Origin: the human T2T-CHM13v2.0 reference genome, Homo sapiens
Assembly (NCBI RefSeq): GCF_009914755.1
Contig: NC_060932.1
Reading direction: 5' to 3' (one strand)
DNA length: 64,000 nucleotides
Of this stretch, positions 29,831-42,999 are shown in pieces. The notes beneath the pieces are model-generated. The model was not told where the DNA came from, did no database searches, and saw nothing but the letters and a program-made list of their open reading frames with translations. The position numbers and the translations under genes were made by a program. Positions within the stretch are counted from its first letter, which is position 1. Every line of letters begins with the position of its first letter.

Positions 29831-32394
29831 TATAAAGTTACACCAAGTGTGCCTGCCTCTCCTGTCTCCTCTTCTACCACCTTCACCTCTTCTGCTTCTC
29901 CCACCCTTGAGATAGCAAGACCAACCTCTCCTCTTCTGATGGGGATGAAGACCTTTATGATGACCCACTTCTACTTAATGAATAGTAAATACATTTTCTC
30001 TTTCTTATGATTTCCTTAATAACATACTCTTTTCTATAGCTTACTTTATTATAAGAATACAGCATATAATATACAAAATATGTGCTGACTGACTGTTTAT
30101 GTTACAGCAAGGCTTCTGGCCAACAGTAGGCTATTAGTAGTTTAAATTCTGTAGAAGTCAAAAGTTATTAAATACGTAGAGTTTTGACTGCATAGGGAGC
30201 TAACACCCCTAACCTCCTTGCTCAAGAGTAAACTATAATTGTTATTGGCAAGAGGGTTGGTTTACCAGAATTGACTTTGTAATTCCCAGAATAATTACAT
30301 ACATAATTACAAACTTTCAGCAATAGGTAACTAGTGCAATGGGTTAATAGAACTACAGCACTTTCTGTTATGGTAGCTTAAGTTCAAATAAACAAAAAGC
30401 CTTAAAGTTGGAAAAGGACCATTAGAGTCATCTAGTGTTTGCTTAAGCCAGGTATTCAATCGATGTTTGCTAAATTAAGTTAAATGACAAATGTTAGGAT
30501 CTCAGGGACTGATTTGTACAGCTGTAACATGGCTGTAATCAATGGCTTATTGACTGTTGTCCAGCCTGATGCTGCAAGAAACGCCTGTTGAGGCTGCTCG
30601 TGAAAGTCAGAGATCAAAGGATGTGGGAGAATTGCGCACCTTTACTCCAAACCAGGGAAATCATCTCCCCACCCTGCAGACATTGCTAATGCCTTTATTT
30701 ACTCTGGGAAAGTTCACAGACCTTGAGGCAGCATTGGGAGAGGCCATAAATGAACGTTATAGTTTGGAGCCTCTCAGAACTAGCAAATGTATTCTCGTAA
30801 GCAAAAGTGTTCTAGCATACTGGGATAAAATTAATGACAATATAATTTATCATCTGAAACAAGCACTTATGAAAGTGAAGGGGGATTCTAGTATTAATTA
30901 TGCTAGGGAAACAGGCCTGAAGTGAGACTGCCACAGAAAAATTGTTATGTATAAGACCTTGAATGATGTTGAGTATGTGCTGCTCTCCCACTGGCATTTT
31001 GGGAAATAACATACCCTTGGTGCCCTAGAAGCAATTAAATCACAGGCAATGCAGTTGCTCCCAGGCCCTCTCGTGCACCAACAACACAGCTCCATTGGTG
31101 TAGGGCAGGCTCGAACTTCGGCAAGGAGCCCTTGGGAAAGGCAGGAGACTGGAACTGAATATACTGGCCCCATTTTAAAGCTGGTCCCGAGAGATAGCCA
31201 GATATCCAATTTTTAGTGTCCAAGGAGCCTGGAGAACTTAAGTCACACAAAGGCTGTTTTACTGAATAGTTGAATGTGGCAAGTAGCAGCTCATTCTGTG
31301 GCAGTCCTAGAAGCCATAGACTTCTATTTTGTTTCATTTATTCATTCAACAAACACATATTGGGCCAGGGTACCAGGCCGGGAGATGAGGATACAATGGC
31401 AGCTTAGTGTCACCATAGTTTATAGGAGTAGGGGTCTAATCTCTGGAACTTGGGCTTCAAGGGCTAGTCAGGTGGTCAGGGCTCTGCAGCATTTGCTGAG
31501 GTTCAGCACTGGGCTGCAGATAAAGTAGAAAATTGGCAAAAACAAAAAGACAAGACAAGAACTAAGGCAAAACCCAGATTTACAAAAAAACACGCACCTT
31601 GGGACAAAGCAAAAAACTTGGTGGTGGTGGTGTGCTTGTGAGCACCAGGCTTACTCCTGGCACACCTGATGCTGGGCTTGGGCGCACTGAGGACTCCCAG
31701 ACCCAGACCCCACCTGCCACTGCCTGTGGATGCTCATGATCTCCAGCTGGGTCCAGGTTGGCTGAGGATAGATGTGTTGAGCCTGAGGCTGACCCGCAGC
31801 AGGGCTGGCGAAGCCAGGCAGGCAGCTACCACTGCAGGGCTGGGCTCTCAGGGAAGCCAAGGCCTGTCTGTGGCTAATGATGAGGGAAGGGGAGCAGGAG
31901 AAAACCACCAAGAGGTCAGGCACAGCAATGCAAGCCACACCTTCTCCTTCATCCAACTGTGGGCCAGCCCCATTCAAGGTAGACCCAGGGCTTACTGGCT
32001 CCATCTAGCATTGCTAACCCTCAAAGACATTGGCATTACTGGTGACACTTTCCAGAAGGACAAGACCACAGGGAGATTTTTAAAACAAAATGCTTTCACT
32101 GAACTATTCAATTCAGTAGTTTTACACACACAGAAAGAACCAGTTTTCTGCTGGGCTTACCTGGCTGTAGGGATTCCAAGGATGAAAAGACTCAATCTCC
32201 GCCCTCAGGGCTCACAGGCTCGTGGAAGAGACAGTAATTGTATTTAAATGAGCAAGTAGAGGTTTGTTAAATAGAGGTTAAAAGAAGGCACCTGACCAGG
32301 GTTAGATTGAAAGGGTTCAGTATCACTTCTAATATTTTCTTAAGCAAAGAAGAGATGCCCTGTTTGGGCAAAGTGATTCTTCTCTAAAGTAACA

Positions 32395-32553
32395 TTTTTT
32401 AAAAAAGAAACAGGGTCTTGTTCTGTTGTCCAGGCTGGAATGCAGTGGTGCAATCATAGCTCACTATAACCTTGACCTCCTGGACTCAAGCAATCTTCCT
32501 GCCTCAGCCTCTTAAAGCACTAGGATTACAGGCATGAACCCCCATGCCTGGCC
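32395..32553 (-). mobile_element. Alu monomer (FLAM/FRAM-type)
   Basis: Single ~150-bp arm with J-type diagnostics. TSD cta(a/g)ag(t/c)aacattt. Confidence 0.85.
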
Positions 32554-32719
32554 CTAGAGCAACATTTCCAAATGCCTTTGAATCATCACCATTAATCCCT
32601 TCATGCTTCATTTATTTGTGACAACTGAGAACTTTGCACCATATGTATTCTATACCTTCTTATATCAGTCAATTTCTGTTGAATGCCTACTTTGTGTCAA
32701 GGTGAGGTGCTTTTATATA

Positions 32720-33150
32720 TGTATCGGTCAGCTATTGCTGCGTAACAACCACAAAATCTGATGTACAATAAGCATTTGTCACACATCGTAGGGATACCCT
32801 GGGGTTAGGTGAGCTTGGCAGGGCTTGAACTGGAGGCTCTTCCTCAAGCTGCAGGTCTGCAAGTGTGCTACTTGATCTGCTCCATGTCTCTCACTCTCCT
32901 GGGCAAATGGGCTAGCCAGGGTATGTTCTTCTCCAGGTGACAACAGGGGTGGAAGACCACAAGCCCTGCTGTGTGGGCACACTGTGTCACATCTATCAAT
33001 ATTCCACTGGGCCAAATAAGCCACATGGCCGAACCCAAGGTCAAATGGTGGGGAAGTTCCTCTGTTTTTCTGTGAGAGGAATTGCTAAGTTGCCCGACAG
33101 TATTTCTGGATTCAGCAGTGGGTGAAGAACAGAGGTCAAGGATTCAGCTT
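32720..33150 (-). mobile_element. Old MLT1-type MaLR LTR
   Basis: tgtatcggtcagctattgctgcgtaacaaccac... start; attccactgggccaaataagccacatggcc motif. Confidence 0.7.
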
Positions 33151-34071
33151 ACCATATTATATACGGTATATCTAATGCCCTCAACACCATGTGAGCTGGA
33201 TAACACTATCCTTATTACAGAGAGAAAGCTAAGACTTGGGATATTAAATCACTTACCAAGATTGAAGAAAGAGCCAGAATCAAAACAAACACACACCCTG
33301 TGTGCTCTCTTTCCTTCCAGTCTTCCAGGCTTCATGCTGATATTGAAGGACTGACCCAGAGGAGGAGCCTTATGTACTTATTTTCTAAGGATAAGAAAAA
33401 GAGGACGCCTCTTTGTGCCCTAGAGAGGCCCATGGAAGATTGCTGTGGATTACAGACTCCTGTGTAGAAAGGTGGGAGAGGGGGCTACGTAAAACCCAGG
33501 CTGCCTTTAGGGGCTGGGCCTTATATATCCCCTCACTGACAGCACCTGAGCCTGGTCATTCCAAGTGGAGACCTGGTGATGTGTGGAGCCGTGTCTCATC
33601 CAACTCGAGCCCTTCAACATCAATGATAACTGCCGTGGGCCAAAAGATGTTGTTACAGAGCTAACTGCCCAGGAGGATGAATGTGTCCAGGCTCTGTCAC
33701 TGAGAAGGAGAGGATGGTGGGAGGGTGGCCAGGGCAGACTCGAGGGGCTAAGCTCCGTCTCATTCCAGCCTCCTGAAGAGGCACCTGGCTCTGGCATTAG
33801 GCCGAAAGTTGAATTCTGGCTGCAGCACTCAGGCTCCTCGTCTGTGAAGGGAGAGGGTTGATTTCCACCTTCCAGAGCCTCTGGGGTGCAGGAGGGAAGA
33901 GATGAGTCAGGGCCCAGCTGGATCTCTGTACCTTCGGTGCACACAAGTCCCAGCTGCTGAAGGGCTGTGGAGAATTCCACCTGACAAGGATGCTGGGATT
34001 ACCCTCCAGAGACCCTCTGGGCATCATGCCCCAGCTAGACTTTCAACTTTCCCCTCCTTCCCCACCCTACC

Positions 34072-34400
34072 TGTATTAGTCACAGTTCTCTAGGGTTTTC
34101 AAAAAATTGGCTTACATGTTTTGGAGGCTAGCAAGTCTAAATCTGCAAGTGCTCCGGAAGGAGGTGCTGCTGCCATCAGCAGTAGTGTCTCTTTCTCCTC
34201 AGGCAAACCTTAGTTTTGTTTTTAACGTCTTTCATTGATTGGATGATTTCCCATCCAGATTACCTGGAATAATACCTATTTAAAGTCAACTGGTTGTCCA
34301 TGTTAACCACATCTACAAAATACTTTCACAGCAACACCTAGATTCATGTTTAATGGAATTAGTGGGTACTAAAGCCTGGCCAAGATGCACTGAATTCACC
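34072..34400 (-). mobile_element. MLT2-type ERVL LTR
   Basis: tgtattagtc...tgattggatga...ttaaagtcaact...ttcacagcaacacctagatt...gcctggccaag. Confidence 0.7.
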
Positions 34401-34659
34401 AGAGCCCACCCTTTTTACCTCACAGGCTTTTCCTGAAGAGCTGCCCTCATTAAATCACATGCACCTGGATCCTCCTGTTAGGCTCTGCTTCTAAGGAACC
34501 CAACCCGAGCCAAGGGGAAAGGGGGTGCCAAGGGACCACTGGTCCTGCCTTAAGGTATTAAATGATTGGAACAAACCAGTTATTCCATGTCCCAGAAGCA
34601 ATTGTGTTCTAATGAGGACTGTTGGAAAGAAAAAGGACTTCAGGACCTAAAGGAAGTTC

Positions 34660-35485
34660 TGTTACTGTAAAGCGGTCCCAATCCAGACTCCAAGCGAGAG
34701 TTCTTGGATCTCATCAAAGAAAGAATTTGATGTTCCCCCTTCCTGTGTCCATGTGTTCTCATTGTTCAATTCCTACCTATGAGTGAGAACATGCGGTGTT
34801 TGGTTTTTTGTCCTTGCGATAGTTTGCTGAGATGGGTGGGGGGGAGGGGGGAGGGATAGCATTAGGGGATATACCTAATGCTAAATGACGAGTTAATGGG
34901 TGCAGCACACCAACATGGCACATGTATACATATGTAACAAACCTGCACGTTGTGCACATGTACCCTAAAACTTAAAGTATAATAATAATAAAATAAAAAA
35001 AGAAAGAATTTGAGACGAATCCATAAAGTGAAAGCAAGTTTATTAAGAAAGTAAAGGAATAAAAGAATGGATACTCCACAGGCAGAGCAGCCTCAAGGAC
35101 TTCTGGTTGCCCATTTTTATGGTTATTTCTTGATGATATGCTCAACAAGGGGTGGATCATTCATCCCTCCCATTTTAGACCATATAGGATAACTTTCTGA
35201 TGTTACCATGGCATTTGTTAACTGTCATGGCACTGGTGGGAGTATAGCAGCAAAGACGACCAGCGGTCACTCTCGTCGCTATCTTGGTGTTGGTGGGTTT
35301 CGGTAGTCTTCTTTACTGCAATCTGGTTTATCAGCAAGGTCTTTTGACCTGTATCTAGTGCTGATCTCCTCATTCTGTGACTTAGAATGCCTAACCGTCT
35401 GGGAATGCAAGCCCAGTAGGTCTCAGTCTTATTCTACCCAGCCCTTATTTAGGATGGAGTTGCTCTGGTTGAAACGACTCTGACA
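34660..35485 (-). mobile_element. MER41A-type ERV1 solo LTR, interrupted by an L1
   Basis: Reverse complement starts tgtcagagtcgtttcaaccagagcaactccatc and ends ...agtaaca. 4-bp TSD GTTC at 34656-34659 and 35486-35489. Lacks the tandem GAS block of MER41B. Confidence 0.9.
34731..34998 (+). mobile_element. Short 5'-inverted L1PA (about L1PA4) insertion. Inverted 34731-34832; sense 3'UTR and tail 34833-34998
   Basis: TSD AAAGAAAGAATTTGA at 34716-34730 and 34999-35013. GAG-type 3'UTR (gctaaatgacgagttaatggg). Confidence 0.92.
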
Positions 35486-35915
35486 GTTCCTCTATGTTAA
35501 GGCTTGGCTCAGGGATTCCCCCTCTGCTGGGAGAGAAGTTGGAACCCAGGATTCTTAGCCAGGAAGTGTGGTCACTGATTTCCTCCATGAACAATGACAA
35601 GACGTTTGTCTCTGACAATGCCCAGCTGAAAGCTCATGATTGGAGAGGCCATGTTGAGCCTTACCTACATAGAAGCTATGAGGAAGCAGGAAACAAAAAG
35701 CAAGCAAAAGCCTTGAATTCTAGACAAGAGGTGCTGAGTAGAGATCATGTCAGCCAGGCACTTAGAGTCAGAAGAGGAAGGAAGCAGACACACTGCTGGA
35801 GCAAGGCCACATGGCCTATGACAGAAAGAGACAGAGAGAGTCACTGAGCTTCTCACCCTACCCTAGGCCTCACACATATCTCTCTCACCCCACCTTTCCC
35901 TAAGGTGGCCCAAAT

Positions 35916-36768
35916 TGATAGGGAAGGAGGCAGGGAAATTCTGGGCCAAAGAGGGTAGGTCCCCAGCGAGGGCCCCACCCTCAAGCCGAAAAGCCTAATA
36001 CCATGGCCCAAAGTGAGAACTGACAGCCCTGTTTCCCACTCAAATGTTGCCTTTTCCAAAACAACCCATGGCCTGCCCCACCCCCCATCGTTTGCCTATA
36101 AAAACCCCAGAACTCAGCCAGCAGAGAGGAGAAGCAGCTGGACTTAGGAGACTACAGTTGGATGTTGGAGAGAAGCAGCTTGACTTCAGAGGGACAGCTT
36201 AATGATGTAGCTTCAGAGAGGAGTCCAGCCAGGGATGGGTGGACTCTGGGGGAAGAATACCTTCCCGCTCCATCCCCTTTTTAGCTCCCCTTCCCGCGGA
36301 GAGCTGCTTTCATTGGCAATAAAATCCCCCACATTTACTATCTCCAATTCGTTCATGCAACCGGATTCCTCCTGGACACTGGACAAGAACTCAGGTGCCA
36401 CAAATGTGGTTGCAAAAGGTTGTCACACTGACCCTCCCCTGAGCTGTTAACACTTAAGCCATCTGCAGATGGCAAAGGTAAAAGGGCACTGTAACACTCC
36501 ATCTGGGGCTTCAGGGGTTGTAGGCACCACCCTAAATGCTGCCATGGGGCCTGCACAGACTTTTGCTCCTGCCAGTGCCCAAAAGCCCTCACCCAGGTTC
36601 CTGCACCCACTCACCTGCAGTCTCCCTCCTATGAGGGGTGGAATGCAGCAGGGCAGCAGGACCAAGTGAGTGGAGTCCACCCCCACCAGCACCAAAGCAG
36701 CCAGCTAGTTCTAGTGCCCATTCACTCCAGTTCTGCCCATGAAGGGGTCAGGGAAATATCCTGCTTCA
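35916..36768 (+). mobile_element. MER50B-type ERV1 solo LTR
   Basis: tgatagggaaggaggcagggaaattctggg ... atcctgcttca termini. TATA-like tataaaaa at ~36097, aataaa at ~36318. 4-bp TSD AAAT. Confidence 0.85.
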
Positions 36769-37648
36769 AAATGACTTTTGGTACCTTCCAACCAAAAGAA
36801 CCCACCTGCATAGCCTGGGCCATCCTTCTTCCTACTTGTTTACTTGACCAACTTCTAGTCACCTTTGGATCTCAGTACAATCACAACCTCCTGGGGGATG
36901 CTGGCCTGACCTCTTAGTCTGATCCAAGTGTGCTGACCCTATGTTCCCATACCCCTCTTTCACCCTATCCTGGAGCCCTTGTGATATCTAATTTCTTCTT
37001 GGTCTTCCTGATTAATCTGAATAGACTACGAGTACCCTCCAGGACAGGGCCTATGTCTTATCCATCCCTGGGCCTAAAGTACAGTGAGCGGTGCAGTCAG
37101 TGCTCAGTGAATGAATGGTGGCTTGGAATGCCCTGCTCACAGCACTCCTGTCTTGTGGAAACGGCGGCTGCAATCTGGTTGTCATAGTGGAATTTTGCAG
37201 ACACATCTCCAGGGAAACACAAAGGAGAGGTTAACTCCAAGCAGGCCACTCCAAGAGGGCTGTCAGGAGCAGGTTGCGTCTCAGCTGGGCTTTGAAGGAT
37301 GAGTTGAGTACTGACAACCAAACAGGAGGGGCTTAGCCACGTGGGCCCTGGAGCTAATGTGGGAACATGAGAGTTGGGAAGAAGTGAGGTGTCCTCAGAC
37401 AGGATCTGGCCCAGAAGGAGGCTTCCATGAGCCTGCCACCAGCATCTGCCCCATCTTTCCACCAGCCAGGCCTGGCACAACAGCAAAGTCCATCAATCAG
37501 CTGGTGTGAGTGGAGGCTGAGGCCCAGCCTGGATTTACAGTGACACACATTGATTTTGGCTCTCAGAAGGTGTCAGCTCCCCTGTAAATTAGAAGATTTA
37601 TCTGCAAGTGCTACAAAGATAAGTAGCTTTGCACATAAATACCTTTCC

Positions 37649-37680
<32 letters not shown>

Positions 37681-39257
37681 CCTAAGAGAACATTCCATTG
37701 AAGAGGCTTTAGGGAGCTCCTGCAAAATCTCTGGGATCAGCCCTGAACAGCATGTGGAGATGGTCAAGGATGCCTGCAAAGCACCCAGCCTTGGGGCTAC
37801 GAGAACTTGGTGCCACAACGTCATCCCCATCCTTCATCTATCATCATATAAGGAAGGGGTGTGCTGTCAGTCTTGTGTGCCTTGCTGGGTTCTAAAGGAT
37901 TCACTCACTCATTCATTCATCAAATATTGCCTGAAGGTCTACTATTCTGATCTCAGGGCCAGGAACTGCAAACAGATGCAGAGATGATCTAGTCAAAGTC
38001 CCTGCCCTCAAAGAGCTCCCACGCCAGTAGAGGACACAGATGATCAATAAATGGGATGATAGCAGGTGTGATCCATGCTCTGAAGAAAGTAAATTGATCT
38101 ATGTGAAAGATATTACTCAGGCTGGGGTGGAGGCTACTCACATGGGTGGTCACAGTGACTGGCCCAGCCAGGGCCAGTGAGGTGGCAGGGGAAGTCAGAC
38201 ACGGGTCTCGTAGAAAGATTTTCTCCACTGATGAAAAGAAATGCCGAGCAGAAAACACTCCCATTTTTGTCTTTGCCGAAAGCACCTGATGCCTCAATTG
38301 GGCATCCTATCAAGGCTGTTTATTACTATGTAACTGACCAAAAGAACAAGCTGAAATGTCAAGGACAAAGAGTGAAGGAACCAAATGAGCTGATGCCGGG
38401 ACCACTCTACCTCCAGGCTTCCCTTCTTATGTTTGTAAACAAATGCCCTTTAGTGTGTAATGGGTTTTGAGGTGGGTCTTTTGCAGCCCAAGCCCCTGGG
38501 CAATCCTGTTCAGATGTGTTCCCACAGCAGGCAGCCCACTCCTCGAGCCATTTCTAACCCGGGTAGTCTCCATGAGGTGATGCCAAACAAGGCTGCTTCT
38601 GCCAGGCAGAACTAGGCAAAGGAGAATCAAAGGTACTTCTGGTTCAAAGGAGACACTTTGATTTATCCAAAAGAGGTGACCTCTGAAGGCAAAAAGGGAA
38701 AGGAAGCAGGGGTGGGTGACATTGCTATGGATAGAAGGGGAAGAGAGTGCTAGGGATCCTGGGAAAACACAATTGCATAAGACATCCTTGAGCATTGGAT
38801 GAGGACTCCCCGGCACGGCTACCCCTCCACGGAAGGTGTGGCAGTGGGCATGGCCATTGGTGTCTGTCAGGATCACAGCAGGATACTGATGACTGGGTGA
38901 CCTGAGGAGGGTTTAACATACAGGAATTATCAGCAAAGGGGATACAGAGTGTGGAGAAACCCCAGGGAGAGTGGGCTACATGGGAGCACAGTTACTACCC
39001 CGAAGCCCCACACTGCAAGAGGCAGGGCCATTCCCGGCACTGAAGCAGAGAGGGCTTGTGCAGGGAGGGCTGCCAAACAGGAGCTAGGACCTTTAGTCAA
39101 GGGACAGCTCCAGCCCTCAGTGATGCTACAGGGAGGTAGCAGGGGAGTCAACACCACAATCTCTCTCCCTCTCCCTCCTCCGGCCAATCTCCTGCTATTG
39201 CTCCCCAGTGGCCAAAACTCCTGGGAGCAGAGCACAAGGGCACCAGTGGAGGCGGTT

Positions 39258-39710
39258 TGTATCTACATGTTTCCTCTTGCTGCTGCAACAAACAACCACA
39301 AACTGGATGGCTTAAAATAACATGTATTTATTATCTTACAGTTCTGGCAGCCAGACGTAGATGTGCAAAACGAGTCTCAGTGGCCTAAAGTCAAAGTGCT
39401 GAAGGGCTGCATCCCTTCTGGAGGCTCCAGGGGAGAATCTATTCCCTCACTTTGCCCACTTCCAGAGGCCACCCACATTCACACCGCATCGCCCTGAGTC
39501 TGATACCTGCTGCCTCCCCCTCACCATAAAGGACCCTTGTGTCTGCATCGAGCTCTTCCAGGTAATCCAGAGTAATCTCTCCATCTCAAGACCAACTGAT
39601 TTCCAGCCTCAATGCCATCTGCAACCTTAATTCCCTTTTGCTGTGTATGTAATACATTCACAGGAATGAGGACATGACATCTTTGTGGGGCCATTATTCT
39701 GCCTACCATA
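39258..39710 (-). mobile_element. MLT1D-like MaLR LTR
   Basis: gctgctgcaacaaacaaccacaaactggatggcttaaaataac...gccattattctgcctaccata. Confidence 0.8.
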
Positions 39711-41087
39711 GTGTAGTTCAGCCTCCTGGGCACACAGAGCACGGTGGAGATGGAGAATAGTTCTGGTGGGAAAACCTGCTCTTTCAGCTGGCACCCTGAG
39801 CAAAGGGTGGGGACACAGTAGTCACTCAACCTGAGTCTCAGTTTTCCTAACTGTAAGTTGGGGATAATCATGCGAACTCTAGGTTGTGCTGATGAGGAAA
39901 CGAAATGTATGCACAGGATCTGAGCACAGTGCTTGGCAGCTAGGATGTTCTCAATAAACGTCATAGCACTGTAGAGGGTGAACAAGAAGCATGGTATCAA
40001 GGATGGGAGGTGTTTGCTGCACAGGAAATGAATCAGTTCGCCATGCACCTATCTCTCCTCAGTGCCATTCTGAGCCATGTGTTCCCAGTGCTACCGTAGA
40101 CCAACCTGAGAGTAAAGAAACATACAGCTTCCCCAAGAAGAAATGGCCTTTTAGCTCTGGAAACTGAACACTCATCTTCTGTCCACCAAAGAGTCAAAGG
40201 GTGAACGTTGCCCCCTGGGGCTCTGGGACCCCACCTGCTCCAGTGGCCTTGCTGGGTTGGCCTCACTCTGACCCAGTCTGTCCTGTACAGGATCTGGACT
40301 TTGATGGAAGGCAGGGTGGCAGGAGGCTAAATCAGAGGCACCTGGAGCTGGTCCTGGGACGGTCTGGCTTCTGGGCCTGCTCTGCCTCCATCTGTGCGGT
40401 GACCTTAGTTGAGTTGATTCCTCTTTCTGGGCTTGTTTCCTCACTGCTAAATAGGGGGATTGGATACAAGGCCCCTGAGAGCCATCCAGCCAGTGATGCC
40501 ACCCGACGCCATGCATTGCAGGAGGCCTCTGGGTGTTGCAGGTTCCTGGGTGCAGTCTGAGCTCTTTGTCACTCAGGGGGAGCTGAGCCTCCGCCAGTGC
40601 CGTTCTCCCTGTGGCGAGAGCCTCCTGGGCCTGAACTAGGACAATCAGACCCATGCTATCTATCTTATATTCTTCTCAAGAACTTGTAAATATATTATCC
40701 CAATTACATGTTATGATCATCTTTCAGGGAAGATCTTTTTTCCACCTCCAGATGAGGAAATTAGGTCCAAAACTAATAATGGTGGGTCACATGAAGCTCT
40801 TATGTGCTAGGCTCTTGGTAAACAATCTTAGCATTTCATCTTCACAGAAGCTCAAGTGTTTGGTGCCTTCCCTGCATATCATAGATAAGGCCATGAGCAG
40901 CAGAGCAAGTGGCCAGTGCTGCAATTCCCAAAAGGGAGTGAAACCTGGTGCAGAGCCTGGCAGGGAGGAGGTGACAGAAACCAGCTGACAGTTGGACGAA
41001 TGGAGGGGCTATGACTTGAGGCCGGGCCTAGCTAGCTGCAGAACTCATGCTCCTGATCACAACCCTGTAGCGTCAGGGCTAGGCTGG

Positions 41088-41327
41088 AGCCTGGAGCTAG
41101 AGCGGCATGGAATCACACCCGCATCCACGGATACCAGCCTGGAGCTAGAGCGGCATGGAATCACACCCGCATCCACGGATACCAGCCTGGAGCTAGAGCG
41201 GCATGGAATCACACCCGCATCCACGGATACCAGCCTGGAGCTAGAGTGGCATGGAATCACACCCACATCCATGGATACCAGCCTGGAGCTAGAGCGGCAT
41301 GGAATAACACCTGCATTCACAGATACT
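41088..41327 (+). repeat. 48-bp tandem repeat, 5 copies
   Basis: AGCCTGGAGCTAGAGCGGCATGGAATCACACCCGCATCCACGGATACC. The first three copies are identical and the last two diverge. Confidence 0.97.
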
Positions 41328-42999
41328 AGGAGAAGCCAGTTTCTTATCCTGCAACTTGGAAAAAGAATCTGACCTACGGACAGTTCTTTCTGGAGAGGAG
41401 GAGGCAGAGGGAAGCATACTGGCCTGTGGGGAGTCTCAGGTTAAAGGGTAGGTCAGGGAGGATGTCAGGGAATCAGGTTTGGAAAGTCTGAGGTCAGAAA
41501 GTGGAGTCCTAATTTCTTCAACCCACAGCTCATGAACAGGGGCATGGAGACATCCAGAAAGGTCCAGGTGACCACAGGAGCACTGAGACTAGTGGCTGCC
41601 TCTCTGGCCAAACCCAGGGTGCCACATATCTCTAGAGGAAGCTCGGATCTAACTAGGTGCCATCAGCAGCACGTGCAGATCCCCAGCCACCCTGTTGCTA
41701 CAAGGTCATTAAGACCCTAAACACTGGGGAAGGAGAAAAATCCGAAGAGCAGAAAATGTACATGGAGGAGGCAGAATAAATATACAAGACTCCTTTAAAC
41801 TGAAGAAAATAAAGCAAAGATACACTGTAAATTGGCAATTTGAGAAGCCCAATCCTCTAGTCCAAGCAGGGTGTGGGCTTGGGAGGAAATCTAGAAAATA
41901 CAGAAGTTACGTTTCCCTGCACACCTAACTCTAGTATGCTCCCATGTATTTGTGATGGCTTTTCAGTAGCTAAGTGCCCTTGGGTGTGTCACTAAGTGCC
42001 TTTGGGTGTTTTCTTCAAGTAGAAGCTCGGAGAGGCTCAGCCATAAAATAGGGAAATGATACTGGGCTCCGGGAAAGTTTGAGATATGGTTCCCATGAAA
42101 TGTAAATTAAACGGTGGCCAGGAAGGCACACCCCAGTTAGGAAGGTAAGGAAAGACCCCACGGAGAAGAGAGGACACGATGGGTACCTGACAAGGAAAGT
42201 GGGATTTTGAAAGAAAGCGGTGAGGGAAATAGGGTTGCAAGTGAAGGGGCCGGCAGGTGCAAAGGGGCCCGACAGGCTGGGCAGCCACGGCCATCAGAAT
42301 GTCTGTGTCTCAGGAGAGTCTCAGCATATTGAAGGCAAGAGGAAAGGCAGGCACTTAGGAGACTGAGCCTTCTAATGGGAAACTTTCAGCTTCAGATCTG
42401 CCATTCACAGGAGTAGCCCCAAATGCCTGAGAACTTTCTGGAATGTTTGCCTACAGAACAGCCTGCCCTCTAACCTTGCTGGGTTTGTGTGTGTGTGTGT
42501 TGTTGTTGTCTTGGCAGTTCTCGGGGAGGAAAAAAACTCTGCTCTCTTTCTCAGTTTTCTCTTTCCTGACAGCGCATCAGGAGGATTAAAGCTGCAAATC
42601 CAATCCCTGGTGCAGGAGCTATTGGTCCAGATGCAGCGTCCTGGGCTGTGGAAAGCCTCCACCCAGAGGCAGCCAGGGACCTGGGAGCTGCAGGGGGCAG
42701 GGGCACCAGATAGTGACAAGGCAGACAAAACCTTTCCTTCAGGCACAGAGAATGGCTGGGGAAAAAAGAGGAAAATCAGGAAAAGGAATGAAGGGCTGGG
42801 GAAGAGGGCCAAGCATTTACATAAAAGCACTGAGGACTACTAAGAGCCAACCACAGGCGGTGCCCCTGTCATCTCTGGAGACTATGAAGGTGAAGTGGCA
42901 GGATCTCAGTGCCACTCCTGTCCATGATCAAACGGAACCTTTATCTTCACAGTACAGAAAAGAGTACAGAGCTGAATGATGGCAAAATGATGCTCAGCT

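Larger units (their letters stand above)
27136..30235 (+). mobile_element. Near full-length Tigger2 (TcMar-Tigger/pogo) DNA transposon
   Basis: TIRs cagttgacctttgaaca ... tgctcaagagtaaacta, each flanked by TA (27134-27135, 30236-30237). Internal transposase remnants. Confidence 0.9.

Noticed and set aside
31669-32247. 192-aa ORF
   Set aside because: No recognisable homology or exon structure. The length is compatible with chance in GC-rich DNA.
41970-42010. ~19-bp direct duplication ctaagtgcc(c/t)ttgggtgt
   Set aside because: Ordinary short tandem duplication with no further structure.
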